A stretch of 63,000 bases of DNA from Squalus acanthias (lineage: Eukaryota). Of the stretch, positions 1-13,170 are shown piece by piece. Made by a program: the position numbers and the translations under genes. The notes under the pieces were generated by a model, which was not told the origin of the DNA, searched no databases, and saw only the letters and a program-made list of their open reading frames with translations. The DNA lies in NCBI GenBank assembly GCA_030390025.1, contig JASTWF010001722.1, positions 1 through 63,000 of the forward strand, read 5' to 3'. Within the stretch, counting starts at the first letter, position 1. Each line of letters starts with the position of its first letter.

Positions 1-384
1 GCTGAGGATATTAAATGGGATGGGGAGGAGTTTACGATGTTCGATGCATATATCGTAATTCACAAAGGGAGCCTGAAGCAAACAGGAGAGCAGTTCTGTT
101 ATTTGAAATAAATAATATCTTCACCAACTTCTTCGAAAAGCAGTGGTGCAATGTGAGAAGCCAAGAGTTTACTTTGCAATAAATCCTCAGATTTTCTGAT
201 AAAATTCCAAAACCACACACAGTTTTAGATGGCTGCCTTTATTAATGATTATTGTTTTTTATTCAATACACTGATGCTTTGCTTCCAAAATTGAAAAGAC
301 ATTTCTCTACATGACATCTCACAACACACATAAGAAAACATACAGACTGCGCAGTTAAGTGACAAGTGACCATTAACAGAGATG

Positions 385-3260
385 AACGCGAGGTGATGCA
401 CTTTGGTAGGAAAATATAACATCATGAGGGTAGTGCGGTTGATGTTGTGTTTGTGGACTTTCAAAAGGCGTTTGACAAAGTACCACATGACATAACTGTT
501 CATAAAATTGTAGTCCATGCGATTAATAGGACAGGGCAGCATGGATACCAAATTGGCTAAGGGTCAGAAAGCAGAGAGTCGTGGTGGCCGGTTGTTTTTC
601 AGTCTGGAGGGAATTATACAGAGGTGTTCCCCAGGGGTCGCTATTAGGACCAGTGCTCTCTTTGATATATTTTAATGACCTAGAGTTGGGTATAGAGGGC
701 ATCAAAACTCTGAAATGTAGCACACAATGAGGAGGATAGTAACAGACTTCAGGAGGACGTAGACTGACTGGTCAACAAGAGAACATAAGCAATAGGAGCA
801 GGAGTTGGCCATTCGGCCCTTCAAGCCTACTCCACCATTCAATACGCTCCTGGCTGACCTTCGGTTTCAAAGTCATTCATGCAACACCTTCTAACTGACC
901 CTCATTCCTGCATATAAACGTATCTCCTTACTCAGTTTACAGGCATATTTTCCATTTGCAGAATAAATTATAATTGGAGCCGAAATCAAGACACTAAATG
1001 CCAAGAACATTTGGCTGGGTCTTTACCCTTATAAACTGTTCCTCAGGCTGGAGGGATTGAGAGCTTCAGAGACGTCCCTGACATGATCCTACACTTCTCT
1101 GTGGCGTTTCTTTCGGAATCCAATCCCTTTGTTTACAGCATAACCCAAACTCTGATTCAATTAGGCAGACACTGGGCAGATTCTATTGAACACAGAGAAT
1201 TGTGAAGTGAAAAATGAGAAGAGGCAATGTGATCTCAATGGTGTAACTGTAAAGGGAGTGCAGGAACAGAGGGAGCTAGGCATGTATGTACACTAATCTT
1301 TGAATGCGGCCCGACAATTTGAGAAGTATGTTAATAAAGCATACGGGATCCTTCGCTTTATTAATAAGCAGTAGAGTACAAAAGCAATGAAGTTATGCAA
1401 AAACATTATAAAGCACTGATTAGGCTTCAGCTGGAGCATTGTGTCTAATTCTGGACACCACACTTTAGGAAAATGTCACGGCCTTGGAGCGTGTGCAGAA
1501 TAGATTTACTGGAATGGTACCAGGGACAAGGGACTTCAGTTATGTGGAGAGACTGGAGAAGCTGGGGTTGTTCTGATTAGAGCAGTGAAGGTTAAGAGGA
1601 GATTTGATAGAGGTGTTCTAAAGACTTCATAGATTTAATAGAGTAATTAAGGAGCAACTGTTTCCAGTGGCAGTGGGGTCGGTAACCAGATGACACAGAT
1701 TTAATGTGATTGGCAAAAGAACCCGAGACAACATGAGGAAGCTTTTGTTTTACACAGCGAATTGTTGTGATCTGGAATGCGCTGCCTGAAAGGGCGGTGG
1801 AAGCAGATTCAATAGTAACTTTCAAGGGGGATTTGGAAAAAATACTTGAGATAAAATAAAATACTGTGGAAAGAGCAGAGGAGTGGAATTAATTGGACAG
1901 CTCTACCAAAGAGCCGGCACAGGTCCGGTGGGCCGAATGGCCTCCATCTGCGCTGTATCATTCCATGATTCTATAATCACCGATACCTTAGAAAATAAGA
2001 AACTGAAAGTGGCAGAAGAGAAAAGGGCTATCGGGATAAAGGTGAACAAATAATTAAAAGCAGTATCACTGGACAGCAAAGCAATTAAAATGTTAACAAT
2101 GAATTGGGGTTTATTTCTAAGGCAACAGAATTCAAAAGAAGTGAAGTTGACCAGTGGTGGGAAGTGGTGTTTCACAAGGATCGGTGCTGGCAACACTTTT
2201 GTTCACCATTTACTTCAACAATTAGGACTCAGGAATCGGAAGTGCAATTTCAAACATTGTGGATGCCACCCAAATGGGGGTTTATAATTAATATAGAGGA
2301 GGACTGCGACAAAATACAGGAGGACGTTAATAAACTTGCAGAATGGGTGTGTAACTGGCAAATTAACCTCAATATAGAGAAATGCGAGGTAGTGCATTTT
2401 AATAGGAAGAATACGGAGGTCACAGACTCCTTGGAGAATAAGTTCTAAACGGGGTTGAGGGACAGAGCGATGTGAGGATACAGTTACATAAATCACTAAA
2501 AGTTGCAATGCAGGTTGATAAGGCCATAAAAACAAAGAAAGCACTGGGGTTCATTTCTGTTGGGATAGAATTGTGAAGAATAGAAGTTATGTTAAACCTG
2601 TATGGAACCTTGGTTAGACCACACTTGGTGTACTGTGAACATGGTCTCCATCTTATAAAAAGGATATAGAGGGACTGGCGAAAGTACAAACAGTATTTAC
2701 TGGAATGATAGCTGAACTGAGAGGTTATACCTGTCAGGAAAGACTGAACAGGCTGGGGCTCTTTCCTTTAGGAAAGTGAAGACCGAGGGATGATCAGATA
2801 GAGTTCTTTGAGATTATGAAAGGGTTTCATAGGGTAGATTAGAGAAGGTGTTTCCACTTTCGGAGAGACTAGAACTCGGGGCCATAGATTTAAAATAGTC
2901 ATTAATAAATCTAATAGGGAATTCAGGAGAAACCTTTTTACCAAATGAGTGGTCAGAATGTGGAACTCGTTACCACAAGGAGTAGTTGATACGAATAGCA
3001 CAGACACATTTAAAGGGGGAAAGGAATAGAATGATATTTTTACTGGGTTAGATGAAGGAGGGTGGGTGGAGGGTCGTGTGGAGCATGGACACCAACATGG
3101 ACATTTTGAGTCGAATGGCCTGTCTCTGTCCTGTAAATACTTTGCAAATTGTATTAAACATGTATAGGACCCGGGTCACGTCACACTTTGAGAACTGTGC
3201 AGAGTGATGGTCTCCATAATATAAAAAGGACATAGAAGAAGTGGAAAAAGTGCAAAAAAT
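385..3260 (+). mobile_element. Cluster of degenerate CR1-type LINE ORF2/3' fragments
   Basis: Motifs of the DFQKAFDKVPH, PQGSLLGP and VRPHLEYC types, plus CR1 3' tails (gggccgaatggcct); many stops and frameshifts; several pieces, including a short minus-strand tail at about 778-860. Confidence 0.85.
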
Positions 3261-3265
3261 ACTCA

Positions 3266-4050
3266 GAACAACAACTTGTATTTATATAGCGCCTTTAACA
3301 TAGTAAAATGACCCGAGCGATTCACGGGGGCGTTATTGAACAACACCTGACCCTGAGCCACATAAGGAGATATCTGGAAAGATGATCAAAAGCTCAGTCA
3401 AAGAGGTGAAGTTTTAAGCAGCATCTTAAAGGAGGAGGGAGATTTAGAGAAGCAGAGAGGTTTAGGGAGGGGATTCCTGAGCTTAGGGCCCAGGCAGCTG
3501 AAAGCACAGCCACCAATGGTGGAGGGTTACAATCGGGGATGTGTAAGAGGCCAGAATTAGAGGAGCACAAAGATCTCATCTCGTTAGTGTTGTGGAGCTG
3601 GTGGAGCTTGCAGAGGTAGGGAGGGCGAGGCCATGTAGGGATTTGAAAGCAAGGATGATCATTTTAAATGGGAGACATTGCCGGAACGGGAGTCACTGTA
3701 GGTCAGCGAGCACAGGGGTGGTGGTTTACCGGGATTTGGTGTGGGTTAGGTTACGGGCAGCGCAGCTTTGGATGAGCTCAAGTTATAGAGGGTGGGAGCT
3801 GGGAAGTCGGCCAGGAGAGAGTTGGTGTTATCAAGTCTAGAGCTACCAAAGGCATGGATGATGGTTTGAGGAGCAGATGAGCTGAGGCAGGGGCGAAGTT
3901 CGGCGATGTTACCGAGGTGGAAGTAAGCCGTCCTGGTGATGGAATGAATATATGGTCGGAAGATTACCCCGTGATCAAATACGACACCAATGTTGCAAAC
4001 AGTAAACTGGTGCTTATAACAGGGATGGAGTCGGTGGCTTGGCAACGGAG
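3266..4050 (-). mobile_element. L2-clade LINE 3' fragment
   Basis: ORF 3746-4045 reads NIGVVFD...ITRTAYFHLGNIAELRPCLS...IIHAFGSSRLDNTNSLL, typical of the L2 ORF2 C-terminus; ends in an L2-type tail (minus ggcgctatataaatacaagttgttgtt). Confidence 0.85.
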
Positions 4051-4099
4051 TTTGTGAAGGGGGCCAATAGCATCGGTCTTACAAATATTTAGTTGGATG

Positions 4100-4565
4100 G
4101 CACCAGAACTGAAAGATTGCAGCTATCGGGAAAGATTGAACAGGTTGGGCCTTTCTGCTATAGAAGAGAGAGGACTTAGATGAGGCCTGATAGAGATCTT
4201 GAATATTATGAATGGGTTGAACAGGTTAGATGTGGAGAGTATGTTTACACTTGTGGGAGAATGCAACTCTTGGTGTTATAAATTCAAGATAGTTAATAAT
4301 AAATTCAATAGGGAAATAAGAATGCAATTTCTTTACTCAGAGAGTGGTTAGAATGTTGACCTCACTACCACAGGAAGTGTTTGAGGAAAATAGTTTAGAT
4401 TCTTTCAGAATGAAACTAGACGAGTAAATGAGAGAAAGGGGAATAGAAAGATATTCTGAGAGGCTGAGATGAGGTAGATGCAATGAGAGGAGACTGGTGT
4501 GAAGCATAAACACCAGCACAGACTGATTGGGCCGAATGGCCTGTTTGTGTGCTGTATATTCCATG
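4100..4565 (+). mobile_element. CR1 LINE 3' fragment
   Basis: Decayed FFTQRVVRM-type coding sequence followed by a tail ending gggccgaatggcctgtttgtgtgctgta. Confidence 0.8.
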
Positions 4566-4906
4566 TAATATAATCCTCTGAACTGCAGCTCAGCTCTGTC
4601 TGCCTACCTACTGACGAGGCTCTCACTCTGGAAGCTGCGAATGAATTGCTGTCCTCAAAAGCTGAAGGGACTCTTTACAGAAGAGCTCAGAGTGAAAGCA
4701 GCAAACTAGTGGTCCTGTCCTGAAAGACAATGTGGGAAATGTCAGTCAGAAACAGTGCCGAGTCCTAAACACAGTGTTCGCCCCGCCGTTGGCTGTGTCT
4801 TCAGATCTCCAGCGATTGCTGGTGTAATTTAGTGGATGGCAGTCTGGGGCTGAATATTACATTCCTGGGCTGGAAACACTGGGAGCCGCCTCTGGGCTGC
4901 GCTCAG

Positions 4907-5814
4907 TTATTTCTGATTATTAATGAATTGAATCATTGAGGTAAGCGGATATTTCACCGCCCTCTTCACCTGCTCTCTGAACTTGGACTGGGTCACCCCA
5001 TAAATAAATGTGTTTGTGCAGCAAATTAAATTCCGCAGCATAAATCCGACTTTTTGAAAGATATATAAAGAATCAGTGTAATAAAGGGGATCTATTCCTA
5101 TAATGTTATAATATAAGAATTCTATAACATTCACCAGCCACAGCAGTATGAAGCTGCCGGATATGGTGAAGAGTAAAATCATAGACTTCCTTCTGCTCTC
5201 CATCTCTGGGTCTATGCCATTCTCTGCCTTGCTCTCACCCCTCAGTCCCTTACGGACTCGACTGGCCACTAAAATGTGTCTGACTGTCAGAGCGTTGAGC
5301 AAAATAATTAAAGCGAATGGGAGCATTGGGGTTGAAACTATAACAAGCCAAATATATCCCACCCACCCGGGCTCAGTATAATAGCCTGGGATTGCGACAC
5401 AGAACCACGGCACATTGTCGATTATCCACCTGGATTGATATGTAAAGTAGAACGGAACGTCTTTTAAACAGTGCAGAATGCCGCTTGTTGCTAGAACCAC
5501 AGCCGCAGTTTTCCCGGTGCAATATTTATTTTTCAGCTTCTGGCAACAAATGGCCACAAATCGGTCAAAGGTGAAAGTGACGGTGAACCAGACAGAACAG
5601 TCTGTGGCTGCACGGGCCAGGACAGCGATAACACTGCACACAGGGGTGATGTCCAGGAAAGACAATGGAAAATAATAGAAATTGATCTGCCTCAGTATGA
5701 CCTCAGTGACAATGGTCAGGAGATCCGCCGCTGCCATGGCCACCAGATAGCAAGTGGTGCAGGTGGAGAGCCCGCACTTTCCCCGGGAAAGGATCACAAT
5801 CGCCAGCAAATTCA
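4907..5814 (-). CDS. GPR139-like: GPR139/GPR142-like class A orphan GPCR, exon 2 (end of TM1 to stop; 302 codons)
   Basis: Open frame VNLLAIVILSRGKCGLS...YLVAMAAADL...FTFDRFVAIC...LPF...MESRRKS...NTFIY...KFREQ; acceptor ttttacAG at 5816-5815; TAA at 4909-4907. Confidence 0.93.
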
Positions 5815-5888
5815 CTGTAAAACACAGAAGGGACAAGAGACTGGAAATTACTGTTCACACATTCTCCGTGTCTGAGCCCAGACAGTAA

Positions 5889-7546
5889 GGGCTGGATTTT
5901 AACATCCCATTGGGGTCGGGTTAGAGGTGAAAATTGAACAATATCCTCCCGACCCCAACCCGCCTCCAACCCGCCCGCTTCCGAGTTTAACGGAGACGGG
6001 ACAGGGGGCGGGCAGCGAACCGCACCCAGGAGGCGGGTTCGCAAGTTAAAAATATTAATGATGCGAGGAGCCTCTGATTTAACCTGTTTTACAGGTTTAA
6101 CTACGGCTGGCCGGGCTCCCTGGGCCTCAGGAATGATTTCAACCCAACCCCCGAAGCTCTATCCTTCGCCCGAGCACCGCATGTATAGAAACCTGGGGAC
6201 GGGTTTGAACTTTTCCAAAACTGGGTATTGTACACACCCCCCAGGAACCGTCGAACCACCGGGAACGGTCAAACCCCCGTGTCTGGTCACAACCCCGGGA
6301 CAGGTCAAACACCCGGAACTGGTCAAATCCCCGGGACTGGTCAAAACCCCCGGACAGGTCAAACCCCCAGAACTGGTCAAACTCCCGGAACCGGTCAAAC
6401 CCACCGGGTCTCGTCAGAACCCCCGGACAGGTCAAACCCCCAGGACCGGTCAAAATCCCGGGACCGGTCACAACCCCGGGACAATTCAAACCCCCAGAAC
6501 CGGTCAAACCCCCGGGACCGGTCACAACCCCGGGACTGGTCAAACCCCCGGGACTGGTCAAACCCCCGGGTCTGGTCAGAACCCCGAGACTGGTCAAACC
6601 CCTGGGACCGGTCAAACCCCCGGGACTGGTCAAACCCCCGGGACTGGTCAAACCCCTGGGATCGGTCAAACCCCCGGGACCAGTCAAACCCCCCGGGACT
6701 GGTCACACTCCCGCGACTGGCCAAACCCCCGGGACCGGTCAAACCCCTGGGACCGGTCAAACCCCTGGGACTGGTCAAATCCGCGGGACCAGTCAATCCT
6801 CTGGAACCGATCAAACCCCCGGGATTGGTAAAACCGCCGGAACTGATCAAACCCCCGGGACCGGTCAAACCCCCGGGACTGGTCAATCCTCCGGGACCGG
6901 TCAAACCCCCGGGACTGGTCAAACCCCCGGGAGCGGTCAAACCCCCGGGACCGGTCAAACTCCCGGTACCGGTCAAACCCCTGGGACAGGTCAAACCCCC
7001 GCCACCGGTCAGACCCCGAGGACTGGTCAACCACTGAGACCGGTCAAACTCCCGGGACTGGTCACACCCCCATGACCGGTCAAACCCTCGGGACCGGTCA
7101 CACCCCCGGGACTGGTCAAATACTCGGGACCGCTGAAACCCCCGGGACCGGTCAAACCCCTGGGACTGTTCCCACCCCCGGGACCGGTCACACCCCAGGA
7201 CTGATCAAACCCCCAGGACTGGTCAAACCTCCGGGACCGGACAAATCCCCTGGTCCATGATCGGACACACCGCTAGATCAGAAGCCCCATCGGACCCAGT
7301 TTCATCTATCGAACCTACCTGGTCCAGCCCCGGAGTCCCCCCACCCCGTCCGACTGGAAGCCCGACTGTCAATCAGGCTGACTTCCGGGATGGGGAAGCA
7401 GTCAAGGACAAAGGACATACGCTGTGGAGTTAAGACACACCAACGTCCGGGAATACCTGGACTTACAGGTATCCTGTCTGATATTCCGCATCCACCCCGC
7501 TCCCTCCGGCCATCGTACATAACCCGCCTCTCTTAATATCCAGGCG
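5889..7546. mobile_element. Putative non-autonomous DNA transposon (Harbinger-like ends) with internal minisatellite
   Basis: Left end TAA|GGGCTGGATTTTAA; degenerate inverted copy TTAATATCCAGGC at about 7533-7545; GC-rich non-coding interior. Confidence 0.5.
6238..7258. repeat. 18-bp GC-rich minisatellite (CCCCGGGACCGGTCAAAC)n, about 55 copies
   Basis: Visible directly; explains the PGTGQT/PPGPVK ORFs. Confidence 0.95.
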
Positions 7547-10392
7547 GACATATATGAGAAAATGCAAAATACTGAGACTGCTGTAAAACTGATAAGAACA
7601 TAAGAACATAAGAAATAGGAGCAGCAGTCGGCCCTTCGGACCTTCGAGCCTGCTCCGCCATTCAATGAAATCATGGCTGATCTTCTGCCTCAATTCCATT
7701 CACCGGCACTATCGACATATCCCTTGATGCCCTTACTAGTCAGGAATCTATCGACTTCTGTTTTGAATATACATAAGAAATAGGAGCAGCAGTAGGCCCT
7801 TCGGACCTTCGAGCCTGCTCCGCCATTCAATGAAATCATGGCTGATCTTCTGCCTCAATTCCATTCACCGGCCCTATCGACATATCCCTTGATGCCCTTA
7901 CTAGTCAGGAATCTATCGACTTCTGTTTTGAATATAACCAATGACTGAGCCTCCACAGCCCTCTGGGGTATAGAATTCAAAAGATTCGCCACCATCCTTG
8001 TAAAGAAATTTCTTCGCATCTCAGTCCTGAATGGCCTACCCTTTATCTTGAGTCTGTGGCCCCTGGTTCTAGACTCCCCAGCCAAGGGAAACATTCTCCC
8101 AGCATCCACCCTATCAATCCAGTAATAATTGTGTACGCTTGAATGAGATCCCCTCTCATTCTTCTGAATTCAAGAGAATACATGCCTAGTTTACTCAATC
8201 TCTTCTCATACGGCAGTCCCGCCATCCCAGGAATCAATCTCGTGAGCCTTCGTTGCACTCCCTCTAAGGCCAGTATATCCTTCCTTTTGTAAGGAGACCA
8301 CAATTGTGCACAGTACTCCAGGTGTGGTGTCACCAAGGCCCGATATAATTGGAGAAAGACTTCTTTACTCCTGTACTCAAATCCTCTTGTAATGAAGGCC
8401 AGCATACCATTTGCCTTCCTAATGGCTTGCTGCACCTGCACATTCACTTTCAGTGACTCATGTACAAGGACACCCAGGTACCTTTGAGCATCTGCATTCC
8501 CCAATCTTTCACCATTTAGGAAATACGCTGCCTTTCTGTTTTTTCTACCAAAGTGGATAACTTCACATTTATCCACATTATAATTCATCTGCCATGTTCT
8601 CGCTCATTCACTGAGACTGTCGAGATCCTTTTGAAGCCTCTTCACATCCTCTTCGCAACTGACACTGCCCCCTAGTTTTGTATCATCAGCAAATTTGGAA
8701 ATGTTACATGTAGTCCCCTCATCCATATCATTGATATAGATTGTGAATAGCTGGGGCCCAAGCACCGATCCTTGCGGTACCGCACTAGTCACAGCTTGCC
8801 AAACTGAAAAAGCCTCGTTTATACCTACTCTTTGTTTTCTGTCTGTTAACCAATTCTCAATCCATGGTAGTATATTACCCCCCATTCCATGTGCCCTAAT
8901 TTTGTTCACCAACCTTTTGTGTGGGACCTAGAGTCATAAAGTCTCGATTTTTACAGCACAGAAAGAGGCCCTTCGGCCCATCGTGTCCGCCCCGGCAATC
9001 AAGCCCTGTCCATTCTAATCCCATTTTCCAGCACTTGGTCCGTAGCCTTGTATGCTATGTCGTTTCAAGTGCTCATCTAAATGCTTCGTGAATGTTGTGA
9101 GGTTTTCTGCCACTACCATACATTCAGACAGTGAGTTCCAGATTCCAACCACACTCTGGGTGAAAAAGTTTTTTCTGAAAGTCCCTCTAAACCTCCTGCC
9201 CCTTACCTTGAAACTATGTCCACTGGTTTTATGAACCCTCTACTGATGGGAAAAGGTCCTTTCTATCTACCCTATCTGAGCCCCTCATAATTTTGTACAC
9301 CTCAATCAGGTCCCCCCTCAGTCTTCTCTGCTCTAAGGAAAACAACCCCAGCCTGTCCAGTCTCTTTTCATAGCTGAAGCGCTCCAGCCCAGGTAACATC
9401 CTGGTGATTCTCCTCTGCACCCTCACCAATGCAATCACATTCTTCCTATAGTTTGGCGACCAGAACTGCACACAGTATTCCAGCTGTGGCCTAACTAGCG
9501 TTTTGTACAACTCCATCATACCCTCCCTTCTCTTATATTCTATGCCTCGGCTAATGAAGGCAAGTATCCCATATGCCTTTTTAATCAACTTATCTAGCTG
9601 TCCTGCTGCCTTCAGAGATCTATGTACATGCACGTCCATCTGATCCTCTGTACTCCCTAGGATCCTACCATTCATTGTGTATTCCCTTGCTTTTTTAGAT
9701 CTCCAAAAATGCCTCATCTCACACTTTTCATGGTTAAATTCCATTTGCCACTGTTCTGCCCATCTGACCAACCCGTCTATATCGTCCTGTAGCCTGAGGC
9801 TTCCCTCCTCGCTATTTATCACTCCACCAATTTTCTTGTCATCTGCGAACTTACAGATAATACCTCCTACATTCATATCTAAATCATTAATGTAAACAAG
9901 AAACAGCAAAGGACCCAGCACCGATCCCTGCGATACATCACTGGACACAGGCTTCCAGTCACAAAAATAACCTTCGACCATCATACTCTGCCTCCTGCCA
10001 CTCAGCCAATTTTGGATCAAATGTGCCAAATTGCCCTGGATCCCATGGGCTCTAAATTTCTTGACCAGTCTCCCATGCGCGACTTTGTCAAAAGCCTTAC
10101 TAAAGTCCATGTAGACTACATCAACAACACTACTCTCATCCACACACCTAGTCACCCCCTCGAAAAATTCAATCACATTGGTTAGACATGATCACCCCCT
10201 GGCAAAGCCATGCTGACTATCCTTGATTAATCCTTGCCACTCTGAGTGGAGACTAATTCTGTCCCTAAGAACGTTTTGCAATAATTTCCCTACCACTGAT
10301 GTTAGGCTCAATGTCCTGTAATTCCCTGGTTTATCCCTACTACCATTCTTGAATAATGGTACTACGTTAGCTGTCCTCCAGTACTCTGGCAC

Positions 10393-10740
10393 AAATGTTA
10401 AAGCTTTTCGTTTTACATACAGACGGCAGCTTTTGACACGTTAGAACCCCTGCGACTACACCTCATTGTCTCAGTTGTATCTTGCTATGTCTTTGATGTG
10501 GTACCTTCCTGGCTGACTTAATTAACTTTATCACACCTCGGCAGATAGTCAGGATGATTTAATTTATTGGTCTGCAATTGTAAAGTACACATTCTTTGTT
10601 TTCCATCTATATATGCTTTGGAGATTCTGTATCTAATTTACTTCACCTGAGGAAGGAGCAAATCGATAGCTCCGAAAGCTTGTGATTTCAAATAAAACTG
10701 TTGGACTATAACCTGGTGTTGTGCGACCTCTCAATTTTGA
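10393..10740 (+). mobile_element. Penelope-like element terminal-repeat fragment
   Basis: Interrupts the CR1; contains a minimal hammerhead motif followed by AATAAA and ctgttggactataacctggtgttgtg, a PLE-type end. Confidence 0.65.
10643..10685 (+). ncRNA. Minimal type I hammerhead ribozyme motif (PLE type)
   Basis: tcac-CTGAGGA-A-GGAGC(aaatcgata)GCTCC-GAAA-GCTT-gtga: core intact, stems I and II perfectly paired, palindromic AAGCTT at stem III. Confidence 0.75.
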
Positions 10741-11732
10741 CCTCCCCTGTTGCCAGAGAGGTTCTGAAAATTTGTGTCACACCCCCTGCAATCTCTTCCC
10801 TTGCCTCATACAGCAGCCTGGGATACATCTCCTCTGGGCCTGGGGATTTAACCACTTTTTAGCCCGCTAAAGGCCTTATCGAAGGCCTTCTGAAAATCTA
10901 AATACACCACTTCTACCGGTTCCCCTTTGTCTACTTCACAAGTGACATGCTCAAAGAACTCCAATAGGTTTGTGAAACAGTCCTTCCCTTTTATAAATCC
11001 ATGTTGACTCTGCCCAATCTTACTATTAGTTTCAGAGTGCCCAGTTATTGCATCCTTTATAATAGGTTCCAGCATTTTCCCAACTACTGATGTGAGACTA
11101 GCAGGTCTGTAGATCCCCGTTTTCTCTCTCCCTCCTTTCTTAAATAGCGGGGTTACATTTGCTATCCTCCAATCTGCAGGAACCGTTCCAGAAGCTATAG
11201 AATTTTGGACGATGACAACCAATGCGACCACTATCCCAATGACCACCTCTTTCAAAACCCTAGGATGTAGGTCACCAGTCCTTGAGATTTATCGATTTTT
11301 AGTCCAATTAATTTTGCTCGTACTGTTTTTTTACTGATAATAATTTCTTTAAGTTCTTCATTCTCGCCACAACCTTGGTATTATCGTATTTCTGGGACGT
11401 TTTTTGTGTCTTCCTCCGTGAAGACAGAAACTAAGTATTTATTTAATTTCTCAACCATTTCCCCATTCCTCATTATAAATTCTCCCGTTTCTGACTGTAA
11501 AGGACTTACATTTACCTTCGCCAGTCTTTTCCTTTTCACATACCTATGGAAGTTTTACAATCCGTTTTTATATATTTCGCTAGTTTCTGCTCATATTCCA
11601 TTTTCCCTTTCTTTATCAATGTCTTGGTTCCCCCTTTGCTGATTTCGAAAAAAGATCCCAATCCTCAAGCTGACCGCTTTTTCTGGCAACGTTATAAGCT
11701 TCCTCCTTTGACTTAATACAGGCTTTAATTTA

Positions 11733-13170
11733 GTAAAAAAGACAATGCTGAAAACACTCAGCCGGTCAGGCAGCATCTGTGCAGAGAGAAACAGAGTTAA
11801 CATTTCAGGTCCATGATCTTTCATCAGAACTGGAATATAACAGAGATTAACAGCATTAAAGCAATGATAGAGTCAGAGAAAAGTGCGGTTGCATAAGGAA
11901 AGAACAAAGTCTGTGATTGGCTGGAGGGCAGGAGGTATTCAATGACAAAAGGGATGATGGTGCAAGGCGAATGGGGCAATTAAAGAAACAGAAGATGGGT
12001 CTAGAGGAGGTGTAAATGGTTACTGCAGAATAACAAGGGGGAGGGGCAGTAGGGCATATCTGGCAGAGAAAGTTGGGTAGACCCCAGGTGTTTGGACCAG
12101 CCCGCTGACCGTGTATCGGGATCGCCCCCACAAAGCCCCAGCCCACACCTCCTCCACTCCCAGTGGCTCTGATCGAGCCATCCTCCATTACCAGCACATG
12201 TCGTCCGAGAAAACGGGAGCGGAGGTTATGATCTGAAGTTTTTAAACTTGGTGTTGAATCCGGCAGGCAATAAAATGCCGAATCTAAAAATAAGGTGCTG
12301 TTCCTTATTGAGTTTAAAATGGGAACAGTGCAGAAGGCCGGGAACAGAGAGTTCAGAGTGGGAGTGGGATGTAGAATGAAAGGGGGAAGTGAGCTGAAGC
12401 TCTTGATCACACTTGCGGACTGAATGGAGGCGTTCAGCAAATCAATCACCCAATCTGTGCTTAGTCCACCCAATGTACAGGAGACTGGGTCGTGGACAGC
12501 GAATGTGACATACTAAATTGGAAGAAGTACAAGTAAGTTTGTCTTTCACGTGGATTGAATGTTTGGGGCCCTAGCTGTTGGGATGGAAAGATGGGAAAGG
12601 GTAGCTGTTGCATCTCCTGCGCTTGCATATGAAGGTGCCGGGGAAGGGGAGCAGATGTTAGGGGAGACGGAAGAGTGGACCAGGGTGTTGCGAGGGCCGG
12701 GGGGATGGGAGGGCAGGGGAAGATATGTGTGTTGATGACCTTAGCTGGACATGACGGAAATGGCAGAGGATGATCCATTGAATGTGAAGACTGGTGCAGT
12801 GGAAGCTAAGGACAAGGAAAACTCTATCTGTGTTCTAGCAGGGAGGGCACGGGGTGAAGGGATCAATGCAGGATTGAACTGGTCGAGGGCCCTGTCAATC
12901 ATAAAGGAGATGAGTACTCGGCTGAGGAAATATGAAGACATTTCGGAAGCACTGGTGTGGAATGTGGCATCGTCAGAACATATGCAACGATGGCGAAGAA
13001 TCTGTGAGAATACAATAGAGCCCTTCCAGGAAGCCGGGTTGGGAGGAAGTCTACTCAAGATTCCTGAGGGAGTTGGTGGGATTATAGTTGATATTTGTGG
13101 ACGGCCTAACCCCTGAAATGAAGATCGAGAAGTCGAGGAAGGGAAGCGAAGACCACTGTGGTTCACCATT
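11733..13170 (-). mobile_element. Penelope-like retroelement 3' portion (RT C-terminus/GIY-YIG region, degenerate)
   Basis: SQILRHRCICSDDATFH motif of PLE RTs in ORF 12741-13169; terminal sequence carries a hammerhead motif. Confidence 0.8.
11795..11831 (-). ncRNA. Degenerate minimal hammerhead ribozyme motif
   Basis: Minus strand agtt-CTGATGA-A-agatc(atg)gacct-GAAA-tgtt-aact; one stem II mismatch and non-palindromic stem III. Confidence 0.6.

Larger units (their letters stand above)
8930..10870 (-). mobile_element. Second CR1 subfamily ORF2 nested in the previous copy
   Basis: 315-aa RT ORF 9229-10176 (YMDFSKAFDKV, QGSVLGPLLF, FADD), own 3' tail at about 8930-9000, interrupted at about 10393-10740. 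Confidence 0.9.
7593..11727 (-). mobile_element. CR1 LINE ORF2 (RT) copy, split into 7593-8929 and 10872-11727 by nested insertions; 165-bp tandem duplication of its 3' tail
   Basis: ORFs 7855-8912 and 10848-11255; VYLDFQKAFDK (about 10875) resumes as VPHKRLVNK (about 8929); tail 7606-7770 is repeated at 7771-7935. Confidence 0.9.

Noticed and set aside
4611-4640. Third hammerhead candidate (CTGACGA)
   Set aside because: No stem II pairing and no GAAA at the required position
5815-5836. ORF-track start MSLLCFT for the GPCR
   Set aside because: Non-ATG start lying in the acceptor's pyrimidine tract; the real N-terminus is exon 1 at 21808
6058-7260. Collagen- or mucin-like PGTGQT/PPGPVK ORFs
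   Set aside because: Produced by an 18-bp repeat open in most frames; no gene structure
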